From an uncultured bacterium (GTDB lineage Bacteria > UBP7 > UBA6624), in the NCBI GenBank assembly GCA_964012435.1, contig CAXGSM010000001.1, forward strand, positions 32,001 through 96,000: a stretch of DNA of 64,000 nt, read 5' to 3'. The translations under genes and the position numbers were made by a program. Shown one piece after another: positions 38,221 through 47,585 of this stretch (positions are counted from its first letter, which is position 1; every line of letters begins with the position of its first letter). A model generated the notes under the pieces. The model made no database searches, was not told where the DNA came from, and saw nothing but the letters and a program-made list of their open reading frames with translations.

Positions 38221-39648
38221 TTACCAAGCTCTTGAGAATAATGCTTTTATTTTTGTCTTAGAGCCATCTTGAGCAATATTTTCACCTGAAGGTTTAAGAC
38301 ATCTTATTGTTGCTTTTGTTTTTTCTTTAATCTCTGCTTCAAGGTCTTTGTTTTCTGGATTCCATGGAATCCATATTGCTTTTTTGGAGTCAATTGCTTC
38401 TTTGATTTCTTCAGATTTTCTTCCTTCTAGTATCCTGTTTTCCATTTTGCTTTTTGCCGCTTCAAAAAGGCTTTTTTGAATGTCTGATTTTAAGAATTCA
38501 CAAGTTTCGATGATTTCTTCAATTTTTATTTTTTTCTTTGAGCCATCATCCCTTCTTGCTATCATGCATGAATTTTCTTCCAGGTCTCTTGGTCCTATTT
38601 CAATTCTTATAGGTACACCTTTTAGCTCCCAGTCATTGAATTTGAATCCAGGTCTTAGGTTCTCTCTATTGTCATAAGTGGTTTTAAATCCTTTTTTTGT
38701 AAGGTCCTCTTTTATTTTGAGGCTGATTTCATTTACTTTAGGGTTTTTTTCAGCAGCAATAGGGATTATCACTATTTGAATTGGAGCAATCTTTGGAGGA
38801 AGGATTAAACCTTTATCGTCACCATGCGTTAAAACAAGCCCTCCAATAAGCCTTGTTGAAACGCCCCATGATGTTTGAAAAGGGTGCTTTCTTGTTTCAT
38901 CTTTATCTTGGAACCATATGTCAAAAGCTTTTGCAAAATTTGTTCCGAGGTAATGACTTGTACCCATCTGTAATGCTTGCCCATCTGGCAAAATCGTTTC
39001 TATAGTGTGAGTCTCTACTGCTCCAGCAAATTTTTCAGATTCAGATTTTTGACCGTAAACCAAAGGCACAGCAAGAAAGTCTTGAACCGTATCTCTGTAA
39101 ACTTCAAGCATTAAAAGTGTTTCCTTCAATGCTTCTTCTTTTGTTGCATGAACAGTATGTCCTTCTTGCCACAAGAATTCAGTGGTACGTAAAAAAGGTC
39201 TTGTTGTTTTTTCCCATCTCATTACATTTGCCCATTGATTTATGAGTATTGGAAGATCTCTGTAACCATTTATCCATTTGGAATACATATGACAAATCAT
39301 CGCTTCGCTTGTTGGTCGAATTGCAAGCCTTTCCTCAAGCGGTTCACTACCAGCTGTTTCAACCCATGCAACTTCAGGGGCAAAACCTTCAACATGCTCT
39401 GCTTCCTTTTTTAAAAAAGATTCTGGTATCAATAATGGAAAATAAGCATTCTGATGACCTGTTTCTTTAAATCGTTTATCAAGTTCTTTTTGAATCTCTT
39501 CCCATATGGCATAGCCGTGAGGCTTTATAACCATTGAACCTCTGACTGGAGCATAATCAACAAGGCCTGCTTTCAATACTGTGTCAGTGTACCATTGAGA
39601 CAAATTTTCTTCTCTTGAAGAGACGCCTAAGTTTTTTGATTTGTTCAT
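38221..39648 (-). CDS. proS: Proline--tRNA ligase (archaeal/eukaryote-like type, no editing insertion)
   Basis: KEAEHVEGFAPE, RPTSE, RWEKTTRPFLRTTEFLWQEGHT, TSWGVSTR. Confidence 0.97.
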   Translation of the reverse strand: MNKSKNLGVSSREENLSQWYTDTVLKAGLVDYAPVRGSMVIKPHGYAIWEEIQKELDKRFKETGHQNAYFPLLIPESFLKKEAEHVEGFAPEVAWVETAGSEPLEERLAIRPTSEAMICHMYSKWINGYRDLPILINQWANVMRWEKTTRPFLRTTEFLWQEGHTVHATKEEALKETLLMLEVYRDTVQDFLAVPLVYGQKSESEKFAGAVETHTIETILPDGQALQMGTSHYLGTNFAKAFDIWFQDKDETRKHPFQTSWGVSTRLIGGLVLTHGDDKGLILPPKIAPIQIVIIPIAAEKNPKVNEISLKIKEDLTKKGFKTTYDNRENLRPGFKFNDWELKGVPIRIEIGPRDLEENSCMIARRDDGSKKKIKIEEIIETCEFLKSDIQKSLFEAAKSKMENRILEGRKSEEIKEAIDSKKAIWIPWNPENKDLEAEIKEKTKATIRCLKPSGENIAQDGSKTKIKALFSRAW

Positions 39649-39670
39649 CTTGTTATATCGTACTATTTAT

Positions 39671-40477
39671 TCAACAATCTATTCCCCAAGACTTCATGAA
39701 AGACAGAGTTTCTTTTACGTCATGTACGCGAATTAGCTTAGCTCCATTCAAAATGCTCCAAAGCGCAACAAACAACGAACCTTCCAATCTTTCATCAACA
39801 TCTTTGTTTGTAAGTTCTCCAATGAGTGATTTTCTGCTGACCCCAATTGCTATGTTTTTGTCTATTTTTTTTATTTTTTCAAGATTATTGATTATTTCTA
39901 TATTTGCATTTTGAGTTTTTCCAAATCCAATACCAGGGTCAAGGTAGTATTTTTTTATATTAAATTTTTGAAGCGTTTGAGATGCAGTTTGAAAAAAAGA
40001 TATCACATGAGGCATAACCTCTGTTTTTTTTAATGGTTTAATTTGCATTTTTCTTGGAGGCCATAAAGCATGATTAACAATCAGATGTAATTTTTTCTGG
40101 CAGATTGTTTTTAATGCTTCTTCATTAGGCATCCCAGAAGGGTTGTTGATCATTTCTACTTCGAAATCAGATATCTTTTTGATATTTTGAGAATGATATG
40201 TATCTATGCTTATTTTTGTTTTTTCTTTGTCTATTTTCCCTTCTATGCTTGTGAGAAAAGGTTTCAGTCTCCTCCATTCCTCATCATGATTTAGTTGTGT
40301 TGAGTCAGGTCGAGTTGATTCTGCCCCTATATCTATCCATGCTGCACCTTGATTAGACATTGCAATGCATTCGGCTACAGCTTTATCGTTTTCATATCTG
40401 CTATTTTCCCAGAAAGAATCTGGCGTGATGTTGATGACGCCCATGATTTCAATAGATGATTTTGTTTTAGTTTTCAA
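39671..40477 (-). CDS. folP: Dihydropteroate synthase
   Basis: MGVINITPDSF, DIGAESTRP, DPGIGFGK, GVSRKS, RVHDV. Confidence 0.95.
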   Translation of the reverse strand: MKTKTKSSIEIMGVINITPDSFWENSRYENDKAVAECIAMSNQGAAWIDIGAESTRPDSTQLNHDEEWRRLKPFLTSIEGKIDKEKTKISIDTYHSQNIKKISDFEVEMINNPSGMPNEEALKTICQKKLHLIVNHALWPPRKMQIKPLKKTEVMPHVISFFQTASQTLQKFNIKKYYLDPGIGFGKTQNANIEIINNLEKIKKIDKNIAIGVSRKSLIGELTNKDVDERLEGSLFVALWSILNGAKLIRVHDVKETLSFMKSWGIDC

Positions 40478-41501
40478 TTATGACTTTGCCACTGCCGTTA
40501 TTTGAAATTTCACCAATTTTCCAAGAAGGATAGGGCAGTTCAGATAAGCATTTTAGACATTCTTGTTCTTTTTCTTTTGAAATGATTATTCCAAAACCAA
40601 TACCCATATTGAAGGTTTTGTAAGCTTCTTCATCGGCTATGCCAGATTTGGATACAAGCCAATCGACAATTGTCGGTCTAGAAAAGGAAGATGGTTTTAT
40701 TAAGCAGTTTACATTCTCAGGTATTATTCTCTCGAAGTTTCTGATCATGCCTCCACCAGTGATATGTGAAAAACCTTTTATTCCATCAATTGAACCGCAA
40801 ACCTTTTTGGCTAATGGCCAATATAGTCTTGTAGGTTCAGATAACTGAACTCCTACAGGGACAGATGAACCTTTGCGAGGTTGTTTGATGTCTATCTGCA
40901 TTTCTTCTATTATTTTTCTAACAAGAGAAAACCCATTGCTGTGAAAACCAGAAGAAGAAACACCGATAACTATGTCTCCAGGTTCTATTTGTTGATGAGG
41001 GTCTAAGAGTTTGTGCTTATCCGTAAATGAGCCAAGGCCAAATCCAACTATATCAATTTCACCTTTCTCATAAAAGCCAGGCATTTCTGCCGTTTCTCCA
41101 CCCAAAAGCACAGTTTCAGAAATAGAACATGAATCAGCAATACCTTTTATAACTTTATAAAAAACTTCTGTATCCAGGTTGCCAGTAGCGTAATAGTCCA
41201 AAAACACATCTGGCTTGGCACCACTTGCACATATGTCATTCAGAACCATGCCAACACAATCTTGACCAGCCCAGTTTTCAGTGCCCATTTCTAAATGAAG
41301 TAATGTTTTTGTACCGACGCCATCACATGAAAGTGCAAGATTTCTATCCGATATTTTGACTATTCCAGAATAACCTGCTTTGTTGGGGATATACCTTTTG
41401 TCATGTGTTGCCGACACTAAAGATTTTATTTTCCTCAAGGAATCTTCAGCTTTTTCTATATTTACGCCTGAATCTTTGTATGTGATTTTTTTTCTTTCCA
41501 T
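40467..41501 (-). CDS. purM: Phosphoribosylformylglycinamidine cyclo-ligase
   Basis: TYKDSGVNI, DGVGTK, FLDYYA, GGETAEMPG, HSNGFSLVR, HITGGG, TFNMGIG. Confidence 0.96.
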   Translation of the reverse strand: MERKKITYKDSGVNIEKAEDSLRKIKSLVSATHDKRYIPNKAGYSGIVKISDRNLALSCDGVGTKTLLHLEMGTENWAGQDCVGMVLNDICASGAKPDVFLDYYATGNLDTEVFYKVIKGIADSCSISETVLLGGETAEMPGFYEKGEIDIVGFGLGSFTDKHKLLDPHQQIEPGDIVIGVSSSGFHSNGFSLVRKIIEEMQIDIKQPRKGSSVPVGVQLSEPTRLYWPLAKKVCGSIDGIKGFSHITGGGMIRNFERIIPENVNCLIKPSSFSRPTIVDWLVSKSGIADEEAYKTFNMGIGFGIIISKEKEQECLKCLSELPYPSWKIGEISNNGSGKVIIEN

Positions 41502-41557
41502 GCTTTTTACCAAGTATATATGTAGATTCTATTTTTTTTCAATCTAGAATTTGAATA

Positions 41558-42547
41558 ATGGATAGAGATTTCTGGTCATGGTTTATGACTTGCCTGTTTG
41601 GCTCTTTTGTTTTAACATGTTTCGCTGTTGTTCTAACAGACAAGCCTTTGGTTAGGTCCGACATCTTCCCTAAAAAGTCAACCCAATCTTTCGATATTAA
41701 TGAAGATTTTGCGACAAGTGCTTATCTTCCGCAGAGCCAATCTTATGTTTTATTGGGTGATGTGAACCTTTCGGAACCTTATGGTTTTTATAGGGATTCT
41801 GATTATCTTGTTGTTGCTGATCCACATAGATCTTCAGGCAAGGGTTATGTGCGTTTTTACGATATTCAAACAAAGCAAGAAAATGAAGAAATGAGACATA
41901 CGGCAAAGTTCCCTGCACAAATTCTCGATTTTGGAAAAAAGCAAATTCTTATAGATAATGGTTCAGGCGGATCGATCAAGGTGATTCAGGGTGCTGTTAC
42001 ATTATCTACATATGACGGCGTAAATGACCCAAAGGATGGTTTTTTTGATTTTGAAAATAATTTAATTTATATTGCAGATCGTGGTAACAAAAGAATCTTG
42101 GTTCTTGATACAAATTTAGATGTTGTTTCTGAATGGGCTCCTTCAGGTGTCAGTTTTGAACCAAATGGTTTAACTATGGGTGAGAATGGGATGCTTTATG
42201 TGACAGACAAGATTGCCAAGAAGGTATGGATTTTGAACAAAGGTAAAATTGTTGACTCTTTTGTTCCCGACAGCCCAGAAAGATTTCTTTATCCTGGAGG
42301 TATAGTTACTGACCCCTGGGGCAGGGTTTATGTTTCTGATTATAGTGCCGACAAGATTTATGTATTTGATGCCGAGGGTGTTTATCTAGATTTGATAGAT
42401 AAGGATTTAATCGATGACCCCTCTTTCAAAAAGCCTAGAAATTTATTTTTTGACAAAAGCAGTGGACGGCTTTTAGTGTCTGCTGGCGATAGGTTAACAA
42501 ATGCAGGGAGAATATGGAGTGTACCTGTTCCTCTATTAGAAAAATGA
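41558..42547 (+). CDS. Membrane-anchored NHL-repeat beta-propeller protein
   Basis: N-terminal TM; repeated P.G....lYvaD..N.RI blades. Confidence 0.85.
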   Translation: MDRDFWSWFMTCLFGSFVLTCFAVVLTDKPLVRSDIFPKKSTQSFDINEDFATSAYLPQSQSYVLLGDVNLSEPYGFYRDSDYLVVADPHRSSGKGYVRFYDIQTKQENEEMRHTAKFPAQILDFGKKQILIDNGSGGSIKVIQGAVTLSTYDGVNDPKDGFFDFENNLIYIADRGNKRILVLDTNLDVVSEWAPSGVSFEPNGLTMGENGMLYVTDKIAKKVWILNKGKIVDSFVPDSPERFLYPGGIVTDPWGRVYVSDYSADKIYVFDAEGVYLDLIDKDLIDDPSFKKPRNLFFDKSSGRLLVSAGDRLTNAGRIWSVPVPLLEK

Positions 42548-42672
42548 AAAATTCTGAAAAAGTAAAAGGCAAGAGCTTGAGCTTAGTTAGCGCTTTGCTT
42601 CTTTTGTTTGCAATTTGGCTTGGTGTTAAACTTGCATTGGCGTTCATGCTTTGGGTAACTGTGGTTAATTAA
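42544..42672 (+). CDS. Small 42-aa membrane protein absent from the ORF track (MKNSEKVKGKSLSLVSALLLLFAIWLGVKLALAFMLWVTVVN)
   Basis: ATGA overlap with the upstream stop and TAATG overlap with the downstream start; basic N-terminus plus hydrophobic stretch. Confidence 0.65.
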   Translation: MKNSEKVKGKSLSLVSALLLLFAIWLGVKLALAFMLWVTVVN

Positions 42673-43916
42673 TGGTATCTAGATTTTACGGTAAGCAATC
42701 AGTTGATTTTAAATGGCCTCGTGGCTGGAATGTTGAAACAATGCTACCCCAAGAAAGACCTTTTGTTTTAGATGAGTTTGACATTCTTGAGGATGCTCTC
42801 GAGCAGCCTGTTGGAACCAGGACTATTGACAAAGTGGTTAACAAAAAAGACAAAATATTAATCATTGTCCCAGATTCAAATAGGGAATTCAGGTATGAGC
42901 TTGTTTTGAATTCTGTCATCCGGAAAATATCAAAAATAAATAAGGATATTGTTTTCATGATCGTTGGAACCGATATGAATGAACTTTACATAGATGATCA
43001 ATACATGAAGTTTCTTAAAGGCCTGGAAGGTGTCAAAAAGGTTATGCAGTATTCTTCTGAAGACAAGTTTGACTCTAGCGGAAAGACAAAGGCGGGAACT
43101 CGCATAAAGACAAACAAGTATTTAAATGCTTTTACGAAGATAATCACAATTGACCAGATAAACTTTCATGATTTAGTTGGTTATTCTGGAGGGCCTGAAA
43201 CACTGATAAACACATGCAGCACAGAAACGATCACAAAAAACAGGTCTCTTGTTTTCAATAAGGACAAAACTAGAAACCCGAGATGTTCAGCCGCAAGGCT
43301 AAAGGGAAACAGGATATATGAAGACCTTATAGAGATATCAGCAAACCTAAAGCCACATTTCAATATAAATGTATTGCTTGATGAAAACAAAAAGATTGCA
43401 AGGGTTTTTTGTGGTGACTTTAGTTATTGTCATATGGATGGTTCAAAAGTTGTAATGGGCTTCTACAGAGCCCTTGTTCCAAGGCGCAAAGTTTTAATAG
43501 CAAGTGCAGGCGGAGCTCCTTTTGACAATACTTTATCAGAAGCATTGAAAGGTATTTTATTTTGGTATAAAACGGTTAGCCCAAGAGGTGCGTTGTTTTA
43601 TTCTGCTGAATGTTCGTTAGGTTTCGGCAATAAAGAGATGTTTAAATGGGCAGCTTATCCTGCTGAGGTTTTAAGACAAAAGATAATTGATGACTTCAGC
43701 CCTGCTGCTTACAATGTTTTGAGGCTAAAAGAAGCCCAAAGGCATTGTGATATATTCATTAACTCTTCACTTCCGAATGATGAGCTGGAGTTTCTTGGCT
43801 TCAAGCCGGTATCCAATTTTGCCGAGGGTTTGCTTAAGTTAAGAAAGCATTCTGAAGGCTTGCCTGAGCTTGCATGGATTCCAAACGCTTGTCAGGTTTT
43901 AGGTATTCCGGGATGA
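42672..43916 (+). CDS. LarA (lactate racemase)-like protein with a degenerate active site
   Basis: ALEQPVG, IIVPDSNR, G.T..GT.I..NK, FH..VGYSGG, GN.IYED, SAGGAP.D, AECSLGFG. Confidence 0.8.
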   Translation: MVSRFYGKQSVDFKWPRGWNVETMLPQERPFVLDEFDILEDALEQPVGTRTIDKVVNKKDKILIIVPDSNREFRYELVLNSVIRKISKINKDIVFMIVGTDMNELYIDDQYMKFLKGLEGVKKVMQYSSEDKFDSSGKTKAGTRIKTNKYLNAFTKIITIDQINFHDLVGYSGGPETLINTCSTETITKNRSLVFNKDKTRNPRCSAARLKGNRIYEDLIEISANLKPHFNINVLLDENKKIARVFCGDFSYCHMDGSKVVMGFYRALVPRRKVLIASAGGAPFDNTLSEALKGILFWYKTVSPRGALFYSAECSLGFGNKEMFKWAAYPAEVLRQKIIDDFSPAAYNVLRLKEAQRHCDIFINSSLPNDELEFLGFKPVSNFAEGLLKLRKHSEGLPELAWIPNACQVLGIPG

Positions 43917-44371
43917 AGGTTTTCTCAACAAATAAGAAAGCACATTACCTATATGAAATTTCAGAAAAGTTTGAAGCCGGAATGTCTCTTGAAGGTTGGG
44001 AAGTCCGCTCCATAAGAGAGGGTAGGCTAAACCTAAACCAAGCTCATGCAAAAATCAAAGATGGAGAATTGTGGATCATAGGATCCCATATAGCTCCACT
44101 TCCCCAATCTTCTGAGAGCCAGGATTCAACAAGAGACAGGAAGCTTTTACTCAAGAAAAAGCAGATACTTGACATTGACAGGAAGATAGAACCTAAGGGT
44201 GTGACCGTTGTTCCGCTCAAAGCTTATCAGTCTCGAGGTAGAATAAAGATAGAGATCGCCATTGGGAAAGGAAGGACCAAGGCTGACAAAAGGTCAAGGA
44301 TTCTTGAAGAACTTGACAGGAGAGATGCAAAAGAGTCAGTCAAGCGGGCCATGAGGGGAGGCGATTACTAA
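43913..44371 (+). CDS. smpB: SsrA-binding protein
   Basis: NKKA...YEI..KFEAG..L.GWEVRSIR, R.RKLLL, K.EIA.GKG...DKR; immediately before tmRNA. Confidence 0.96.
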   Translation: MKVFSTNKKAHYLYEISEKFEAGMSLEGWEVRSIREGRLNLNQAHAKIKDGELWIIGSHIAPLPQSSESQDSTRDRKLLLKKKQILDIDRKIEPKGVTVVPLKAYQSRGRIKIEIAIGKGRTKADKRSRILEELDRRDAKESVKRAMRGGDY

Positions 44372-44382
44372 GACATAGATTT

Positions 44383-44711
44383 GGGGGCGACTGGCTTCGA
44401 CGGAAGTTGGAACAGTCGGGTTGCAAGCAGGTTTGTCATATCCCTTGATTATGACAAAAAAAGTAAACGGCAAAAACGCTTACGCATTTGCTTAATTTAA
44501 TTTAAGCAAGCTCCTCCTTTCAAGTCCATGTGAGAAAGGGTAGGGGCTCAGAAATCATGGAACGGCTCCCGGACCGTTATTCGGGGTTTTTGCTTTGAGG
44601 CCTGCCGTTTGATTGTTTAGGGTAGGCTGAGCATTTAAAACAATCTAAGCTTGTAGATACTCGTCTCAATAAGACAACCGGACCCGGGTTCAATTCCCGG
44701 CGCCTCCACCA
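44383..44711 (+). ncRNA. ssrA: tmRNA; tag ORF 44469-44495 encodes (A)GKNAYAFA*
   Basis: 5' GGGGGCGACTGGCTTCGAC; 3' GACCCGGGTTCAATTCCCGGCGCCTCCACCA; acceptor stem with a G3:U pair; TAAAC before the resume codon; hairpin over the stop. Confidence 0.95.
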
Positions 44712-44740
44712 AGCCTGCCAGTTGGTTAGAATCATCATTG

Positions 44741-45205
44741 ATGAAAAAAAGGCAGATCAATTCGTTCCTTGTGATCATGGTGTCGATTGCAGTTGCTGTC
44801 TTTGTCACACAGATACTTGAATCATTGGGTCATTTTGCATTCTCAAGGGATCTCATAGAGGAAATCAGTGCGTTTGAAGATCCTGACGAGATGAAAGAGG
44901 CTTATGTGTCAATGGTTGAAAAGATGTCCTTTCCGGCAAAGCTTTCGGTTTTGATTTCGTGGTTTCTCGGAGCCATGAGCGGAGGTTTCGTTTCAAGCCT
45001 CATGTCCTCAACAAACAAGGTGTTCCATGCAAAGATGATTGGCTACATATACCTTTTCTTCACGATATTGACACTCTTGAACATTCCGCATCCATGGTGG
45101 ATGTGGCTTTCCGTCTTTCTCATAATCCCGGCTTCCTTTATAGGGAGCAGCTTCATTCCCGCCAAGGCAAAAGATTCTGATGAACCTGAAATCATAGAGC
45201 CTTAG
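44741..45205 (+). CDS. Four-TM hypothetical membrane protein
   Basis: Hydrophobic helices; C-terminal IPHPWWM. Confidence 0.75.
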   Translation: MKKRQINSFLVIMVSIAVAVFVTQILESLGHFAFSRDLIEEISAFEDPDEMKEAYVSMVEKMSFPAKLSVLISWFLGAMSGGFVSSLMSSTNKVFHAKMIGYIYLFFTILTLLNIPHPWWMWLSVFLIIPASFIGSSFIPAKAKDSDEPEIIEP

Positions 45206-45249
45206 AAACTTTCAGGCACCTTTACAGGTAAATCTATTTAGGTGTAGCC

Positions 45250-45516
45250 ATGATTACTGATCCTTTTGTCATCCTTTTCGTGCTGGGGCTTCCGCTTTTC
45301 TTCCTGGCTTTCCTGATAAGGGACTGGAATAAAGGCAAGCGAAATCTTGCATTTCTCATATTCTTCTTGCCTTACCTGTATTTCATATGGAACGGATTTG
45401 TTTCGGATGCCTGGGACTATATCGAGGTTGCAAGCTCTGTCGCTTCGGTTGCAGGGATCATCTACATGATAAAGAGGGCGGAATCCACTGATCTCAAACC
45501 TAGAATAAAGGACTGA
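45250..45516 (+). CDS. Small hypothetical membrane protein
   Basis: 88-aa ORF with about three TMs. Confidence 0.65.
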   Translation: MITDPFVILFVLGLPLFFLAFLIRDWNKGKRNLAFLIFFLPYLYFIWNGFVSDAWDYIEVASSVASVAGIIYMIKRAESTDLKPRIKD

Positions 45517-45571
45517 AGGTCAATGTTAATAGGTGCACTTAGAGTAAGGAAAAAGAATTAAAGGAGGGTAG

Positions 45572-45979
45572 ATGTTCTTTTTTGATGCGATTTTGTTCTT
45601 CATCTTTCTTTGTTTTTATTCTTACCCTGTGAAGGCATGGTTCATTTTTGTCAAAGATTGGAAAGGCGGAAAGATCCCTGTTTATTGGCGTTATCTGTGG
45701 TTTGTTTTTCAATTGCCCGCTCCATATTTTATTATTATTCTTTTTATCGGAGGAAGAGATGTTGTTTATGACGCACCGTTTGAACTTTACGCAATTATGT
45801 TTGCCTTTTTTGGGGCATGCCTATACAGGGATCACCACCCTTTTCCATTTTTGTTAGGTAGGAAACGTTTTGTGCCAAAGAAAGATCTTGAAGCCGAAAT
45901 TAAAGAAAAAACAGATAATGCTAAACGGAGAAAGCGAAAGCATAAGAGCTTTAAATTGACAGAAGATCTTGACGACTAA
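45572..45979 (+). CDS. Hypothetical membrane protein with a basic C-terminal tail
   Basis: AAGGAGG upstream; about three TMs. Confidence 0.65.
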   Translation: MFFFDAILFFIFLCFYSYPVKAWFIFVKDWKGGKIPVYWRYLWFVFQLPAPYFIIILFIGGRDVVYDAPFELYAIMFAFFGACLYRDHHPFPFLLGRKRFVPKKDLEAEIKEKTDNAKRRKRKHKSFKLTEDLDD

Positions 45980-46009
45980 GAGTTAGGGCTAGATGTTATA
46001 GTATTCAGG

Positions 46010-46507
46010 ATGAATAAAATATTTTTTGCATTGTTCCTGACATTGCTGTACTGGGTGTTCAAGAGTTGGATATTCTTGATGTGGCCCATGATTCCCCTGT
46101 ACCTTTCTGTGTTTATTGCTCTCTTCTGGAAAGATCTGAAAAAAGACTGGATTGCATTCCTGAAGAGGCCAGCATTTTCACTGCCTCTCACGCTCTATCT
46201 TTTTGCAAGGCTTCATGGAGGTCTCGTTGGAGAGGTTGGTTCAGCTTTTGAGTCACTTTGGTTTGTATTTGCGCCACTCTGGTTTTACATTGTTCTTGAA
46301 GACGTGAAGTCCCGTCCTGAGAAAACTGAACCAGGAAAGGTCAACCCTGTTGCGAATGGTTTCAAATGGGCGCTTTTCGCTTTCATTGTCACTTTCGGTG
46401 CTCTTTTTGGGGCTCCAAATGGAAATGCAGTTGCAGTATTGGCAATGATATGGATAGGGTTCGGATTGATCGGTTATGCAAGGGCTGGAGGCTTTAAGAG
46501 GAAATAA
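46010..46507 (+). CDS. Hypothetical membrane protein
   Basis: 165-aa hydrophobic ORF preceded by TGnTATAGT. Confidence 0.65.
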   Translation: MNKIFFALFLTLLYWVFKSWIFLMWPMIPLYLSVFIALFWKDLKKDWIAFLKRPAFSLPLTLYLFARLHGGLVGEVGSAFESLWFVFAPLWFYIVLEDVKSRPEKTEPGKVNPVANGFKWALFAFIVTFGALFGAPNGNAVAVLAMIWIGFGLIGYARAGGFKRK

Positions 46508-46516
46508 AATAGCACT

Positions 46517-47233
46517 ATGAGAATTGATGGACGAAAATTTGATGAGCTTAGGCCAATTGAGATCATTCCAAACTGGACAGAGAACCCTGATGGTTCTGTT
46601 TTGATAAAGTGGGGCAGGACATGGGTTTTGTGTACGGCCTCAGTTGAATACAGGTCTCCAATGTGGCAAAAGGAAAAGGACGAAGGGTGGGTTACCGGTG
46701 ATTACGGAATGCTCCCAGGTTCTACTGACACAAGGAAGAGAAGGCCTGGCCTGAAGCCAGACAGCAGAGGCACTGAGATAAAAAGGCTTATAGGAAGAAG
46801 CTTGAGAGGCGCATGTGACCTTTCTGCGATACCTGGATGGACCATATCTGTTGATTGTGACGTGTTGCAGGCAGACGGAGGAACGCGTGTTGCATCAATT
46901 ACAGGTGGAATGATAGCTTTAAGCATTGCAGCTGAATCAATGGTTAAAAAAGGCCTTCTGGCCTCTGTCAGCAAACTCATAACAGAGCCAGTGATAGCGA
47001 TTTCATTAGGAATAGTTGGTGAAGACGCTGTTCTTGATCTTAACTACAAAGAAGACTCAACCGCTGAGGTTGATTTGAACCTTGTAGGGACATTGAATGG
47101 AAAATGCATTGAGGTTCAAGGCACATCAGAGGGAAGGGCGATGGAGAAAGAAGATCTTGACAACCTTTTGGATTTAGGCTTCAAAGGTCTTTCCAAGGTT
47201 TCTGAAATAGTAAAGCCCTTTATTAACGTTTGA
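46517..47233 (+). CDS. rph: Ribonuclease PH
   Basis: R.DGR...ELRP, GWVT.DYGMLPGST, EIKRLIGRSLR, DCDVLQADGGTR.ASITG, LDL.YKEDS.AEVD.N, EVQGT.EG. Confidence 0.96.
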   Translation: MRIDGRKFDELRPIEIIPNWTENPDGSVLIKWGRTWVLCTASVEYRSPMWQKEKDEGWVTGDYGMLPGSTDTRKRRPGLKPDSRGTEIKRLIGRSLRGACDLSAIPGWTISVDCDVLQADGGTRVASITGGMIALSIAAESMVKKGLLASVSKLITEPVIAISLGIVGEDAVLDLNYKEDSTAEVDLNLVGTLNGKCIEVQGTSEGRAMEKEDLDNLLDLGFKGLSKVSEIVKPFINV

Positions 47234-47242
47234 TAGCGATTT

Positions 47243-47467
47243 ATGCTCTATAACCTATTCTTTGTGCTGACATGCCTATGCATCGCTTACCTATCAGGAG
47301 CTAGAAGCGGAATGATATTCCTTTGGTTCATCCCTCTCCTTTTGATTAAGTTTGTCAATCTTTCGACCTATTCGTTAGCCGGCATCTTTCTGATCCTCTT
47401 TGTTGTTTGCGTCAGGATAATGCAAAAAGGCACCTATGGTGACACTTGGGGCGAAAAGGATGTTTAA
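47243..47467 (+). CDS. Small hypothetical membrane protein
   Basis: 74-aa hydrophobic ORF. Confidence 0.55.
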   Translation: MLYNLFFVLTCLCIAYLSGARSGMIFLWFIPLLLIKFVNLSTYSLAGIFLILFVVCVRIMQKGTYGDTWGEKDV

Positions 47468-47497
47468 CGAGTGGGGCACTTTTAACTCTATATAGGT

Positions 47498-47525
47498 ATT
47501 TCCGATAATCAAGATTATGTTACAT
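47498..47525. other. dif: XerCD dif-like recombination site: ATTTCCGATAA-TCAAGA-TTATGTTACAT
   Basis: 11-6-11 layout; right arm matches the E. coli XerD arm TTATGTTAAAT at 10/11; left arm ends in ATAA; intergenic. Confidence 0.85.
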
Positions 47526-47529
47526 AGTT

Positions 47530-47557
47530 AAAAAAACAGAGGGAATCCTGTTTTTTT
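47530..47557. terminator. Possible bidirectional hairpin: AAAAAAACAG-AGGGAATC-CTGTTTTTTT
   Basis: 10-bp inverted repeat made mostly of A/T tracts; weak GC stem. Confidence 0.35.
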
Positions 47558-47585
47558 AAGTCTTAAATCCTTTATCATTAGCACG

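Noticed and set aside
44670..44711. tRNA gene (T-arm and CCA end)
   Set aside because: This is the 3' tRNA-like domain of tmRNA, pairing with 44383-44389
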